A DNA stretch of 64,000 nt, taken from the NCBI GenBank assembly GCA_029252265.1, contig JAQXBT010000001.1:3286-67285 (forward strand), in the 5' to 3' direction. The translations under genes and the position numbers were made by a program. How positions within the stretch are numbered: the first letter of the stretch is position 1; each line of letters starts with the position of its first letter. The notes below the pieces were generated by a model. That model was not told where the DNA came from. It ran no database searches and saw only the letters and a program-made list of their open reading frames with translations. This document shows, piece after piece, positions 47,838 through 58,346 of the stretch. This DNA comes from Flavobacteriaceae bacterium (lineage in GTDB: Bacteria > Bacteroidota > Bacteroidia > Flavobacteriales > Flavobacteriaceae).

Positions 47838-48794
47838 TTAAGCATTTTGAGCTTTGAAAACTTTTAGTTTTTCAATCAATTCAGGGACGACTTCAAAAGC
47901 ATCTCCAACAATACCATAGTCCGCTGCTTTGAAAAATGGAGCCTCAGGATCGGTGTTTATCACGACCTTAACTTTAGAGGAATTAATCCCTGCTAAATGT
48001 TGAATGGCTCCAGAAATTCCAATGGCTATATACAAGTTAGCGGCAACTGGTTTTCCTGTTTGTCCTACGTGTTCACTGTGCGATCTCCATCCTAAATCAG
48101 AAACAGGTTTAGAACAGGCTGTTGCGGCACCAAGAACGTCTGCGAGCTCTTCTATCATACCCCAGTTTTCGGGCCCTTTCAAGCCTCTACCTGCAGAGAC
48201 GACAACTTCAGCATCCGCAATGGTCACTTTATCACTTGCTTTGTCTGTAGAAGTCACATTTGTGGTTGAGGTTGCTAAACTTGGTGCAAACGCTTCGATC
48301 TGTGTTACAGCTTTGTTTTCTACTAATCCAAAGGAATTATTAGACACACCAATGATTTTGATAGCCGTTGATAGTTCAGTATTGCAAAAAGCTTTATTGG
48401 TAAATGCCGTTCGTTTTACTATAAACGGACTTAAACTAGATGGTGTTCCAACCACATTGGGTGCGTAACCTGCCGAAAGCCCTACAGAAACTAGAGGGGC
48501 CAAATAACGACTGTCGGCACTTGCGCTTAAAATAACGACCGTAGCATTTTCTTTTTCTGTGGCTTGTTTGATGGCATCCGCATATATTTTGGCATTAAAG
48601 GGAGTGGTAGAATTAATATTTAAAACTTTATCTACGCCGTAATTCCCTAGTTCGGAGGCGTCACTAACTTTAAATGTCAACGCAATGAGGGTGGTTTCCA
48701 TAGCATCTGCTACGGCTTTTCCATAGGAGGCAGCTTCTAAAGCTGCTTTTTTAAAATTTCCTTGGTCGGATTCTGTATATACTAAAACGGGCAT
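47838..48794 (-). CDS. etfA: Electron transfer flavoprotein alpha subunit
   Basis: [49 protein letters not shown]. Confidence 0.96.
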   Translation of the reverse strand: MPVLVYTESDQGNFKKAALEAASYGKAVADAMETTLIALTFKVSDASELGNYGVDKVLNINSTTPFNAKIYADAIKQATEKENATVVILSASADSRYLAPLVSVGLSAGYAPNVVGTPSSLSPFIVKRTAFTNKAFCNTELSTAIKIIGVSNNSFGLVENKAVTQIEAFAPSLATSTTNVTSTDKASDKVTIADAEVVVSAGRGLKGPENWGMIEELADVLGAATACSKPVSDLGWRSHSEHVGQTGKPVAANLYIAIGISGAIQHLAGINSSKVKVVINTDPEAPFFKAADYGIVGDAFEVVPELIEKLKVFKAQNA

Positions 48795-48813
48795 GCTTTT
48801 TTTTTTAAATTAA

Positions 48814-49560
48814 TTAAATAACTTTTGCTTCGTTGTGAAGAAGGTTGATGAGTTCATCAATATTACCCGCTTCTACTAATTTAACAGAACCCCGAGGTGC
48901 TGGTTTTTCGAATGAAACAGAATGCGTTTCTGACGCTTCAGTGGTGGGTTCTACAATGTTAAGTGGTTTTTTTCGTGCCATCATAATTCCTCTCATGTTT
49001 GGAATTCTCAAGTCACTTTCTTCTACCAATCCTTTTTGTCCGCCAATTACAAGTGGCAACACTGTAGAAAGAGTTTCTTTTCCGCCGTCAATTTCACGTA
49101 TCGCAGTTGCGTTTGTGCCGTCAATTTCCAAACTAATACAATTTGTAACAAAATTTGCATCTAACATCGCTGCAAGCATTCCAGGAACCATGCCTCCATT
49201 ATAGTCAATAGATTCACGACCCGCAATAATAAGATCATATTGACCTTCTTTTGCGGCAGCGGCTAAATATGTGGCAACGCTATGGCCGTCTGTAGCTTCT
49301 GCATTCACCCGAATTGCTGCATCTGCTCCAATTGCAAGCGCTTTGCGAAGCGTAGGCTCAGTTTCTGCACCTCCAACACTGATCACATCGACGGTTGCGT
49401 TTTGTTTTTCTTTAAACCACATCGCTCGAGTTAGGCCAAACTCGTCATTTGGATTGATCACAAATTGCACCCCATTGGTGTCAAATTTCGTATCTCCTTC
49501 GGTGAAATTAATTTTAGAAGTCGTGTCAGGAACATGACTAATACAGACTAATATTTTCAT
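48814..49560 (-). CDS. etfB: Electron transfer flavoprotein beta subunit
   Basis: MKILVCISHVPD, INPNDE, LRKALAIGAD, AGRESID, REIDGG. Confidence 0.96.
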   Translation of the reverse strand: MKILVCISHVPDTTSKINFTEGDTKFDTNGVQFVINPNDEFGLTRAMWFKEKQNATVDVISVGGAETEPTLRKALAIGADAAIRVNAEATDGHSVATYLAAAAKEGQYDLIIAGRESIDYNGGMVPGMLAAMLDANFVTNCISLEIDGTNATAIREIDGGKETLSTVLPLVIGGQKGLVEESDLRIPNMRGIMMARKKPLNIVEPTTEASETHSVSFEKPAPRGSVKLVEAGNIDELINLLHNEAKVI

Positions 49561-49606
49561 TTGTACGTTTCATTTAATTAGGATACGAAATTAAATAAAA
49601 AACTTT

Positions 49607-49634
49607 AAATTTCCTATGCATGCATAGGAAATTT
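49607..49634. promoter_or_regulatory. Perfect 28 bp palindrome between the divergent etfB and pdhB promoters (putative operator)
   Basis: AAATTTCCTATGCA|TGCATAGGAAATTT with no loop. Confidence 0.7.
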
Positions 49635-49699
49635 TAGTGAAATGTTGTAATTATAATTGAGTATTATTCTTTATTTTTGTCCCTCATAAAATTCAATTA

Positions 49700-50677
49700 A
49701 TGAAAACAATTCAATTTAGAGAAGCAATATGCGAAGCGATGAGTGAAGAAATGCGTCGCGACGAAAGCATTTATTTAATGGGAGAGGAAGTTGCCGAGTA
49801 TAATGGTGCTTATAAGGCTTCAAAAGGAATGTTGGACGAATTTGGTGCCAAACGTGTTATTGACACACCCATTGCAGAATTAGGGTTTTCTGGAATTGCG
49901 GTTGGATCTACAATGACTGGCAACCGTCCTATTGTTGAGTTTATGACCTTTAACTTTTCGTTGGTTGGGATCGATCAAATCATAAATAATGCAGCCAAAA
50001 TAAGACAAATGTCTGGTGGTCAGTTCAAATGCCCAATTGTTTTTAGGGGTCCAACAGGATCTGCAGGGCAGTTAGGGGCGACACATTCACAAGCTTTCGA
50101 AAATTGGTTTGCAAATTGCCCAGGACTTAAAGTGATTGTACCTTCTAACCCGTACGATGCAAAAGGCTTATTAAAAGCTGCTATTAGAGATGACGATCCA
50201 GTAATTTTTATGGAAAGTGAACAGATGTATGGCGATAAAGGCGAAGTTCCAGAAGGTGAATATATCTTGCCGATTGGAGTTGCTGAAATTAAACGCGAAG
50301 GAACAGATGTCACCATCGTATCATTTGGTAAAATCATCAAAGAGGCTTACGTCGCAGCAGATGCCCTCGCTAAAGACGGTGTTTCTTGTGAAGTGATCGA
50401 TTTAAGAACCGTTCGTCCCTTAGATATCAATACTATCTTGGAGTCTGTAAAGAAAACAAACCGTTTGGTAATTCTTGAAGAAGCTTGGCCATTTGGAAAT
50501 GTCTCTACTGAAATTACATATCAAGTTCAAGAAAAAGCATTTGACTTTTTAGACGCCCCCATCATAAAAATTAACACAGCAGATACCCCAGCTCCATATT
50601 CCCCAGTATTATTAAAAGAGTGGTTGCCAAACAGCAATGATGTTGTAAAGGCCGTTAAGAAAGTATTATATAAATAA
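49700..50677 (+). CDS. pdhB: Pyruvate dehydrogenase E1 beta subunit
   Basis: GEEVAEYNGAYK, DTPIAE, EFMTFNF, DQIINNAAK, ATHSQ, IDLRT.RPLD. Confidence 0.95.
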   Translation: MKTIQFREAICEAMSEEMRRDESIYLMGEEVAEYNGAYKASKGMLDEFGAKRVIDTPIAELGFSGIAVGSTMTGNRPIVEFMTFNFSLVGIDQIINNAAKIRQMSGGQFKCPIVFRGPTGSAGQLGATHSQAFENWFANCPGLKVIVPSNPYDAKGLLKAAIRDDDPVIFMESEQMYGDKGEVPEGEYILPIGVAEIKREGTDVTIVSFGKIIKEAYVAADALAKDGVSCEVIDLRTVRPLDINTILESVKKTNRLVILEEAWPFGNVSTEITYQVQEKAFDFLDAPIIKINTADTPAPYSPVLLKEWLPNSNDVVKAVKKVLYK

Positions 50678-50722
50678 TTTTTTATCGTTTTAGCTGGATT
50701 TATCCTTAAAAATAAACATAAA

Positions 50723-53221
50723 ATGAAATACATCCTACTGTGTATTGTATTTACACTGTCAATCTGTGGTTTTTCCCAAACCAAGGTTACTGGCACTGTA
50801 TACGACGAAGATAAGCTCCCAGTTGCATTTGCAAATATTCTTTTTAAAGGCTCTTCAGAAGGCGTTATTTCAGATATTGATGGTCAGTTTTCAATAGAAT
50901 CTGACTCTAATTACTCAACATTAATTGTCTCTTATGTGGGTTTTGAATCCACGGAAGTAAATCTATCAAATAAACAAAACTCAAATCTCAAAATTCTTTT
51001 AAAAACAGGCTTTGAACTCGATGAGGTATTAATTGTAAATAGACCTAAAAAACGACTTAAAAAGAAAGAAAATCCTGCCTATAAAATAATGAAAGGTATT
51101 TGGGCTCATAAAAAAAGAAATGGACTAAGCCTTGTTGAAGCCTATGCATATAAAAAATATGCATCTACGGAAGTTGGCCTTAATAATATGGATCAGAAGT
51201 TTTTAAAACGACTCCTGAGAGATGATTATGATTCCATTATTTCTATCATAAAACAAGACAAAAGAAATAAAAAATTCTATGTCCCAATATACTTAAGTGA
51301 AATAATTCAGAAAGTATATGGCGATAATACCTTAGATAAAACACTTCAACTAACAGAAGCAGAAAAACAAATAGGAATCCAACAAGATGGGTATGTATTT
51401 GATCGAATTAGTAATGTTTTCAAAGAGATTAATGTATACGATAACAATATTGAGCTCTTAAATAAAACATTTGTAAGTCCGCTATCGACAGAAGGTTTTG
51501 GCTCTTATGAATATGTATTACAAGATAGTATTGTATCTGATGCTAAAACCAAATACCGTATCTATTTTTTCCCGCGAAGAGAAGGGGATTTAGTGTTCGA
51601 AGGAAATTTCATAGTCACCGACAGTGTCTATGCAGTTAATGCCATCAGCATGCGTGTTAATCCTAAGATCAACTTGAATCTGGTTCGTAATCTATATTTT
51701 GAAAAAACATTTTCAATAGAAAATGACAGTGTCTTTTTACCCAAAGACAATACTTATGAAGCGGATTTTACCGTGTTAACAAAAAATGAGAAGGAAAAAG
51801 GGCTCTATGTAAAGCGAATTGAAACTTTTGGAAACTATGATTTTGATACGACTAGAGCCGCTGAATTTTATGACAATAAAGTAGTTAAGTACAAACAAAA
51901 TCAGTTTGAGAAAAATGAAGAATATTGGAGTGAAAATTTGCCAGCGAGCATCAATAACAATGACACGGAGTCTGTTCTTGAAAATCTTAATGGAAATAAA
52001 AAAATAAAAAATATAACAGGCCTCTTAAGAACTCTTTCAAGTGGTTATTTAAAGGTCTCAAATTCTATTGAGTTTGGATCTGTTTGGAGCACTTTTGCGG
52101 TAAATGATGTTGAGGGCTATAAAGTTTCTGCTGGATTCAGATCTTTTAAAACCTTAGACGATCGGTTTAGAGTTAAAGGCAAGTTAGCCTATGGATTTAA
52201 GGACCAACAATTCAAATATTTAGTTGATACAAAATACCTGTTAAGCTACAAGCCAAGAGTGTCCGTTGGAGTTGGGTACCTAAACGATACCGAACAATTG
52301 GGGAGCCGAATTTTGAACAGTCTCGGAAATGCGCCTAGTGGATTTGGAACGACCTCACTTTTTAGTAGAGGCGAAAATTACTTTTTATCACGTATTAAAA
52401 AAATATCTGCAAATATAAATGTTGAGCTTTTTAGAAATTTTTTGGTGGGAGCTAACTTCTCAAACAACCGAATAAAATCGGCTGCTCCTGATGAGTTTTC
52501 AGTTGATTATTTTGACGAAGATCAGAAAAAAATACAATCTAATTTAGTAGATAATAATGCGGAGCTATTTCTGTTATATACTCCAAGGCGAAATATATTT
52601 GGATACGGCGTTAAACGACAATTTGGAACAAATTTATATCCCTCTTTTTTATTGAGCTTCCAAAAAGGGCTGGAAGTCGGAGATGGAGATACCAATTACA
52701 GCAAGCTTTTGTTTTCCTACAACCAGCCTATAAAACTTGGAAAATTTGGGATTATTAACAGTACAATTGAAACTGGTAAAATATTTGGAGCGACGCAGTT
52801 GTCGGTACTAAGTCCCGTGCCTGCCAATCAAACCTATTCACTTGTACCCAATACTTTTTCGCTTTTAAATTATTATGATTTTGTGGTCGATCAATTTGTT
52901 GTTGGTCACTTTATACATCATTTTAATGGATTTATTATGAATAGAATACCGTTAATCAAAAAATTAAAATTAAGAAGTGTAGCCGTTTTTAGAGGCGTCA
53001 TTGGGGATATTTCAGATCAAAACAGAAATATAAATCGGTCCTCAATTGCTTACAATGCGCCTACAGATCTCTACTATGAGTATGGTTTTGGTTTTGAAAA
53101 TATTGGCTTCGGAAACCTAAGAATATTCCGTGTCGACTTCATATGGCGATCCGAATCTGCAAACCCAGACAATTACGCTCCTAACTTTGGAGTTCGACTC
53201 GGGTTGTTACCTACTTTTTAA
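50723..53221 (+). CDS. Outer-membrane protein with a carboxypeptidase-regulatory-like N-domain and a DUF5686-like barrel
   Basis: 832 aa; TGTVYD...SDIDGQF...SYVGFE...LDEVLI; FVSPLS..G...Y.Y; ends in F after alternating strand pattern. Confidence 0.78.
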   Translation: MKYILLCIVFTLSICGFSQTKVTGTVYDEDKLPVAFANILFKGSSEGVISDIDGQFSIESDSNYSTLIVSYVGFESTEVNLSNKQNSNLKILLKTGFELDEVLIVNRPKKRLKKKENPAYKIMKGIWAHKKRNGLSLVEAYAYKKYASTEVGLNNMDQKFLKRLLRDDYDSIISIIKQDKRNKKFYVPIYLSEIIQKVYGDNTLDKTLQLTEAEKQIGIQQDGYVFDRISNVFKEINVYDNNIELLNKTFVSPLSTEGFGSYEYVLQDSIVSDAKTKYRIYFFPRREGDLVFEGNFIVTDSVYAVNAISMRVNPKINLNLVRNLYFEKTFSIENDSVFLPKDNTYEADFTVLTKNEKEKGLYVKRIETFGNYDFDTTRAAEFYDNKVVKYKQNQFEKNEEYWSENLPASINNNDTESVLENLNGNKKIKNITGLLRTLSSGYLKVSNSIEFGSVWSTFAVNDVEGYKVSAGFRSFKTLDDRFRVKGKLAYGFKDQQFKYLVDTKYLLSYKPRVSVGVGYLNDTEQLGSRILNSLGNAPSGFGTTSLFSRGENYFLSRIKKISANINVELFRNFLVGANFSNNRIKSAAPDEFSVDYFDEDQKKIQSNLVDNNAELFLLYTPRRNIFGYGVKRQFGTNLYPSFLLSFQKGLEVGDGDTNYSKLLFSYNQPIKLGKFGIINSTIETGKIFGATQLSVLSPVPANQTYSLVPNTFSLLNYYDFVVDQFVVGHFIHHFNGFIMNRIPLIKKLKLRSVAVFRGVIGDISDQNRNINRSSIAYNAPTDLYYEYGFGFENIGFGNLRIFRVDFIWRSESANPDNYAPNFGVRLGLLPTF

Positions 53222-53365
53222 AGAGAGTCACTTCATCCAACAGTCTTATTATTTCGACTTGTTTTAGGACATAAAAAAGACTTGTTATAATTATGTTAAA
53301 ATAGGCTTTTTAGTTTCTATTCAATTTACTACATTTACGCCCTTAAAAATAAATAAAATTACACT

Positions 53366-56161
53366 ATGGAATCAATGATGATTTATATGCCAATTGCAAT
53401 GGCACTTTTAGGTCTAGCATACATGCTAGTTAAAAAATTTTGGGTAATGAAGCAAGACGCAGGAGATGGAAAGATGAAAGAAATTTCTGACCACATCTAC
53501 GAAGGTGCTCTAGCTTTCTTAAATGCTGAATACAGATTGTTAGCAATTTTTGTAGTCGCTGCAAGTATTGTTTTAGCAGGAATTGCTTTTTACATGGAAA
53601 GTACCTATCTAATAGTAGTTGCCTTTGTTATCGGTGCGATATTTTCTGCATTTGCAGGAAACATGGGAATGAAAATAGCCACTAAAACAAATGTTAGAAC
53701 AACACAAGCTGCAAAAACAAGCTTACCAAATGCACTAAAAGTTTCTTTCGGTGGGGGAACGGTCATGGGACTCGGAGTCGCTGGTTTAGCGGTCTTAGGT
53801 TTAACCCTTTTCTTTATTATATTCTTTCATCTGTTTATGGGCGGTGAATGGACGAACACTACCGATATGACAATTGTATTAGAAGCATTAGCTGGGTTCT
53901 CTTTAGGAGCGGAGTCTATTGCGTTATTTGCAAGAGTCGGTGGTGGAATTTATACAAAAGCAGCCGATGTAGGCGCTGATTTAGCAGGTAAAGTTCAAGC
54001 AGATATTCCTGAAGATGACCCAAGAAACCCAGCCACAATTGCTGATAATGTTGGTGACAATGTTGGAGATGTTGCAGGAATGGGCGCCGATTTATTTGGT
54101 TCCTATGTAGCGACTGTTTTGGCAGCCATGGTATTAGGTAACTACGTCATTAAAGATATGGGTGGAAGTATTACGGATGCTTTTGGAGGAATTGGACCAA
54201 TTCTATTACCAATGTCGATTGCTGGTGTTGGAATTATTATTTCTCTTATCGGAACTTTATTAGTTAAAATTTCTTCAAACGATGCAAAAGAAGCGGACGT
54301 ACAAAAAGCATTAAACATAGGAAACTGGGCTTCAATCTTAATGGTTGCTGCAGCATGTTATGGTTTAGTAACTTGGATGTTGCCAGCGACCATGCAAATG
54401 GATTTCTTTGGTGAAGGGTTGCAAGAGATATCTTCAATAAGAGTATTCTATGCGTGTTTAGTAGGCTTAGTCGTAGGTGCTGGAATCTCAGCATTTACTG
54501 AATACTACACTGGACTCGGTTCAAAACCAATCTTAAAAATTGTACAACAATCAAGTACAGGCGCAGGAACCAACATTATTGCTGGTTTAGCGACGGGGAT
54601 GATCTCTACATTCTCCTCAGTATTATTATTTGCAGCGGCCATATGGGCCTCTTATGCTCTAGCAGGATTTTATGGTGTTGCTTTAGCAGCTTCTGCAATG
54701 ATGGCAACAACTGCAATGCAGTTAGCAATTGATGCTTTTGGACCTATTGCTGATAATGCAGGTGGTATTGCTGAAATGAGTGAGCAAGATCCAATTGTAA
54801 GAGAACGCACCGATATTTTAGATGCTGTTGGTAATACAACTGCTGCAACAGGTAAAGGATTTGCAATTGCTTCTGCTGCACTAACATCATTGGCCTTATT
54901 TGCTGCCTATGTAACGTTTACTGGTATCGATGGAATTAACATCTTTAAAGCGCCGGTATTAGCCATGTTATTTGTTGGTGGAATGGTGCCAGTAGTATTC
55001 TCTGCACTTGCTATGAATGCAGTTGGTAAAGCAGCCATGGAAATGGTAAATGAAGTGGTAAGACAGTTTAAAGATATTCCAGGAATTATGGAAGGAACTG
55101 GAAAGCCAGAATATGATAAATGTGTTGCAATATCTACAAAAGCATCGTTAAAAGAAATGATGTTACCAGGGTTGTTAACCATTGGATTTCCTATAGTTGT
55201 TGTATTAGTAGGTAAATTAGTGTATCAAGACAACAATACACTGGTTGCCGAAATGCTTGGTGGTTATATGGCAGGTGTTACTGTAAGTGGTGTACTTTGG
55301 GCTATTTTCCAGAACAATGCAGGGGGTGCTTGGGATAACGCTAAGAAGTCTTTCGAAGCTGGTGTTGAGATCAACGGCGTGATGACTTACAAAGGATCTG
55401 AAGCTCATAAAGCAGCCGTTACCGGTGATACCGTTGGAGATCCATTTAAAGATACGTCAGGACCATCAATGAATATTTTGATTAAACTTACGTGTTTAAT
55501 TGGATTAGTGATTGCACCAATCCTAGGAGGTCATTCTGACGAATCTAATGTAGATACACAAAAATTTAGCTACAGTCTAGGAGTCAATGTGGCTACAGGC
55601 GTAAAGTCTCAAGGGATAGAGTCTATCGATTCTAAAGCCATTGCAAAATCTTTTAAAGATGTATTTGACGGTAATAATTTAGAAGTTAGTGAAGAAGAAA
55701 GTTTACAGTTTTTACAAACTTATTTCAATGAATTTAAAGCTAAAAAACAGTTAAAAGATGCTGAAAAGTTTAAAGCTTTAGCACAAGAAGGCATTGCTTT
55801 TTTAGATGAAAACGCCAAAAAAGAAGGTGTAACTTCGACTGAAAGTGGACTACAGTATGAAGTGATTACTAAGGGCGAAGGTGCCTCACCAAGTGCTGAA
55901 AACAGTGTAACTGTACATTACACAGGAACTTTGATTGATGGGACCGTTTTTGATAGTTCAGTTGAGCGTGGAACGCCAGCTACATTTGGTGTTTCACAAG
56001 TAATACCAGGTTGGACAGAAGCTCTACAATTAATGTCTGTTGGAGATAAGTGGCGTTTGGTTATCCCATCTGAATTAGCGTATGGAGCAAGAGGTTCAGG
56101 AGCAAAGATTGGACCTAATTCAACGTTAGTATTTGAAGTTGAACTTCTTAAAATAAATTAA
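53366..56161 (+). CDS. hppA: Membrane-bound ion-pumping pyrophosphatase (K+-dependent) fused to a C-terminal FKBP_N + FKBP PPIase
   Basis: 931 aa; [69 protein letters not shown]; then FSYSLG...TESGLQY...[16 protein letters not shown]...VIPGWTEAL...IPSELAYG...[14 protein letters not shown]. Confidence 0.93.
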   Translation: MESMMIYMPIAMALLGLAYMLVKKFWVMKQDAGDGKMKEISDHIYEGALAFLNAEYRLLAIFVVAASIVLAGIAFYMESTYLIVVAFVIGAIFSAFAGNMGMKIATKTNVRTTQAAKTSLPNALKVSFGGGTVMGLGVAGLAVLGLTLFFIIFFHLFMGGEWTNTTDMTIVLEALAGFSLGAESIALFARVGGGIYTKAADVGADLAGKVQADIPEDDPRNPATIADNVGDNVGDVAGMGADLFGSYVATVLAAMVLGNYVIKDMGGSITDAFGGIGPILLPMSIAGVGIIISLIGTLLVKISSNDAKEADVQKALNIGNWASILMVAAACYGLVTWMLPATMQMDFFGEGLQEISSIRVFYACLVGLVVGAGISAFTEYYTGLGSKPILKIVQQSSTGAGTNIIAGLATGMISTFSSVLLFAAAIWASYALAGFYGVALAASAMMATTAMQLAIDAFGPIADNAGGIAEMSEQDPIVRERTDILDAVGNTTAATGKGFAIASAALTSLALFAAYVTFTGIDGINIFKAPVLAMLFVGGMVPVVFSALAMNAVGKAAMEMVNEVVRQFKDIPGIMEGTGKPEYDKCVAISTKASLKEMMLPGLLTIGFPIVVVLVGKLVYQDNNTLVAEMLGGYMAGVTVSGVLWAIFQNNAGGAWDNAKKSFEAGVEINGVMTYKGSEAHKAAVTGDTVGDPFKDTSGPSMNILIKLTCLIGLVIAPILGGHSDESNVDTQKFSYSLGVNVATGVKSQGIESIDSKAIAKSFKDVFDGNNLEVSEEESLQFLQTYFNEFKAKKQLKDAEKFKALAQEGIAFLDENAKKEGVTSTESGLQYEVITKGEGASPSAENSVTVHYTGTLIDGTVFDSSVERGTPATFGVSQVIPGWTEALQLMSVGDKWRLVIPSELAYGARGSGAKIGPNSTLVFEVELLKIN

Positions 56162-56179
56162 CCCTTTGGGATTACATAT

Positions 56180-56210
56180 AAAAAAATCACCTCATTGAGG
56201 TGATTTTTTT
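56180..56210. terminator. Bidirectional intrinsic terminator between convergent hppA and the kinase gene
   Basis: AAAAAAATCACCTCA-T-TGAGGTGATTTTTTT. Confidence 0.88.
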
Positions 56211-56231
56211 TGTCTTTATATAAAGGGTCGA

Positions 56232-56846
56232 TTAAAACAAACCGTTTATTTCAGCATCAATTTTGTTAATGATAAACCCAAGATCCTCGGGATTTTCTAC
56301 AAAGTCTAAATTATCGACATCTATAATAAGTAACCGTCCTTTTGTGTAGCCATGAATCCAAGCCTCGTAACGCTCGTTTAAACGACTGAGGTAGTCAATA
56401 CTGATAGAGTTTTCATAATCACGTCCTCGTTTATGAATTTGAGACACAAGGTTTGGAATCGAACTCCTCAAATAGATGATAAGATCCGGACATTGCACCA
56501 AGGACTCCATAAGTCCAAAAAGAGACGAATAATTTTCAAAATCACGATTAGTCATCAAGCCCATAGCGTGTAAGTTAGGCGCAAATATATTAGCGTCTTC
56601 ATAAATGGTACGATCCTGAATGATATTTTTTCCACTTTCGCGAATTTGCAACACCTGACGGAATCTGCTATTTAGAAAATACACCTGAAGGTTGAAACTC
56701 CATCGCTCCATTTGATTATAAAAATCATCTAAATAAGGGTTATCAACAACATCTTCGAGTTGAGCTTCCCATTTGTAATGTTTGGCGAGCAACTGGGTTA
56801 GGGTTGTTTTTCCTGCTCCAATATTTCCGGCAATAGCAACATGCAT
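56232..56846 (-). CDS. Deoxynucleoside kinase
   Basis: IAGNIGAGKTT P-loop, NPYLDDFY, QDRTIYED, RGRDYE. Confidence 0.93.
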   Translation of the reverse strand: MHVAIAGNIGAGKTTLTQLLAKHYKWEAQLEDVVDNPYLDDFYNQMERWSFNLQVYFLNSRFRQVLQIRESGKNIIQDRTIYEDANIFAPNLHAMGLMTNRDFENYSSLFGLMESLVQCPDLIIYLRSSIPNLVSQIHKRGRDYENSISIDYLSRLNERYEAWIHGYTKGRLLIIDVDNLDFVENPEDLGFIINKIDAEINGLF

Positions 56847-56850
56847 AATA

Positions 56851-57630
56851 TCAATTGTTTAAAAGTTGGTAGTGGTGAAGAAATTCTTCGTCATAAATAT
56901 ACAAGCTTTGGTTGGTTACAAAAAACTGTTTTACTAAAACTTTGTTTAAGTTTAACATCAAAAAGGTATCAGCGTTTTTTGGTTTATAATAAAGGTCATT
57001 TCCTTTCTTTAAAAACAAGACACCATTCCAAAGTTTTATATCTGTATACCCTTGATGCGGTAGTTTTGCAATGAGGCTTCCCGTATAATTATAACAATGC
57101 AACTCTGTATCGAGCAAAACCCAGCAATAATTATAATCACTCTCTAAGGCGAGAACTTCCCCAGAGAGCGGCGCTGTTTTAACCCTCGTTTTAGAAGAGC
57201 TATAATCAAATAATTCTAACTGTAATGTATTGGAATCAAACAACCAAAAGGTCGTGTCATTTCCATAAGAAATGTCGGACACTGTTCGCAATGGACTCAG
57301 CGTATTAAAGTCAACGGCGATCAGTTCAGCCAAGCGATTGTCTAAAAGAGTAACGGAATTAAAGTCTTTATAAAACAAGGCTAACTTTAGGGCATTAAAC
57401 ACGGAGACTTCACTAATAGCGCCTTTATTTAGATCGCTATAATTTTGTAAACCTTGGCTGTTTTTTTTAAAAAGCACATTCGAGTTTAAGAAATAAAGAG
57501 ATTCAAATGGATCCATTCCAACAAATTGATCCCATGCCGCAGGGGTGGATACCAGCAAATCGGCACGCATATTGGTTTGACCAAAAAGCCAACAATTGAA
57601 AAGCAGTATAAAATAAAGAGGTTGTTTCAT
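56851..57630 (-). CDS. Hypothetical exported protein, beta-propeller-like
   Basis: 259 aa; signal peptide; repeated short beta-strand pattern; co-oriented with its neighbours. Confidence 0.65.
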   Translation of the reverse strand: MKQPLYFILLFNCWLFGQTNMRADLLVSTPAAWDQFVGMDPFESLYFLNSNVLFKKNSQGLQNYSDLNKGAISEVSVFNALKLALFYKDFNSVTLLDNRLAELIAVDFNTLSPLRTVSDISYGNDTTFWLFDSNTLQLELFDYSSSKTRVKTAPLSGEVLALESDYNYCWVLLDTELHCYNYTGSLIAKLPHQGYTDIKLWNGVLFLKKGNDLYYKPKNADTFLMLNLNKVLVKQFFVTNQSLYIYDEEFLHHYQLLNN

Positions 57631-57662
57631 TCTGATTTGAAAAGTACAAAAATCAAACCAAT

Positions 57663-58346
57663 TTAGTAGATTAACTTGTAACCAAATCCGCGTACATTTA
57701 AAATTTGAATCGTCTGATCTTCTTTCAGTTTTTTTCGAATCTTAGTTATAAATACATCCATGCTTCGAGAACTGAAGTAATCGTCGTTGCCCCAAAGTTT
57801 ATTTAAAATCAATGAGCGTTCGAGGACTTTGTTTTTATTTTTTATAAGGTGAAATAATAAATGTGCTTCTCGATGTGTCAGTTTTGAGCTCGAATTATTT
57901 TTAAATTGTAGGGTTTGTTTTGTGAAATCAAAAACATAATCACCAAGTTTAGTGATTTTATGTGGTTCTTGTAGTGCAGTATTTTGCAGCAGATTATTTA
58001 TCCGAACAATGAGTTCCTCCATACTAAAAGGTTTCTTTAAATAATCATTTCCACCACTATGAAAGCCTTCAACAACATCTTGAATTTGGGATTTTGAAGT
58101 TAAAAAAATAATAGGAATTTCAGTATTTTCTAAACGAATGTCCTTAGCTAAGGTAATGCCATCTTTTTTTGGCATCATTATATCTAGAATTAATAATTTT
58201 GGATTCTTTGTTTTATAAACTTCAAGTGCTTTTTCGCCATTTTTGCAAAGTAAAACATCGAATCCTCGAGTTTCCAAACTTTCTTTAATTATTTGGCCAA
58301 GTGAGGGCTCGTCTTCGGCTAAAAGTAGGGTTATTTTACGCTCCAT
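57663..58346 (-). CDS. OmpR/PhoB family response regulator
   Basis: LLAEDE, LDIMMP..DG, PIIFLT, DYLKKPF, LTHRE, SRSMDVFI.K.RKK, NVRGFGY. Confidence 0.95.
   Translation of the reverse strand: MERKITLLLAEDEPSLGQIIKESLETRGFDVLLCKNGEKALEVYKTKNPKLLILDIMMPKKDGITLAKDIRLENTEIPIIFLTSKSQIQDVVEGFHSGGNDYLKKPFSMEELIVRINNLLQNTALQEPHKITKLGDYVFDFTKQTLQFKNNSSSKLTHREAHLLFHLIKNKNKVLERSLILNKLWGNDDYFSSRSMDVFITKIRKKLKEDQTIQILNVRGFGYKLIY

Noticed and set aside
48797-48807. Homopolymer runs here and at 35063-35070 considered as phase-variation tracts
   Set aside because: They are intergenic A-rich translation initiation regions typical of Bacteroidota and lie outside reading frames.
56161-56228. Outer inverted repeat ACCCTTT...AAAGGGT around the hppA terminator, considered as a MITE
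   Set aside because: Only 7 bp, single copy, no target duplication; more simply an extension of the terminator structure.
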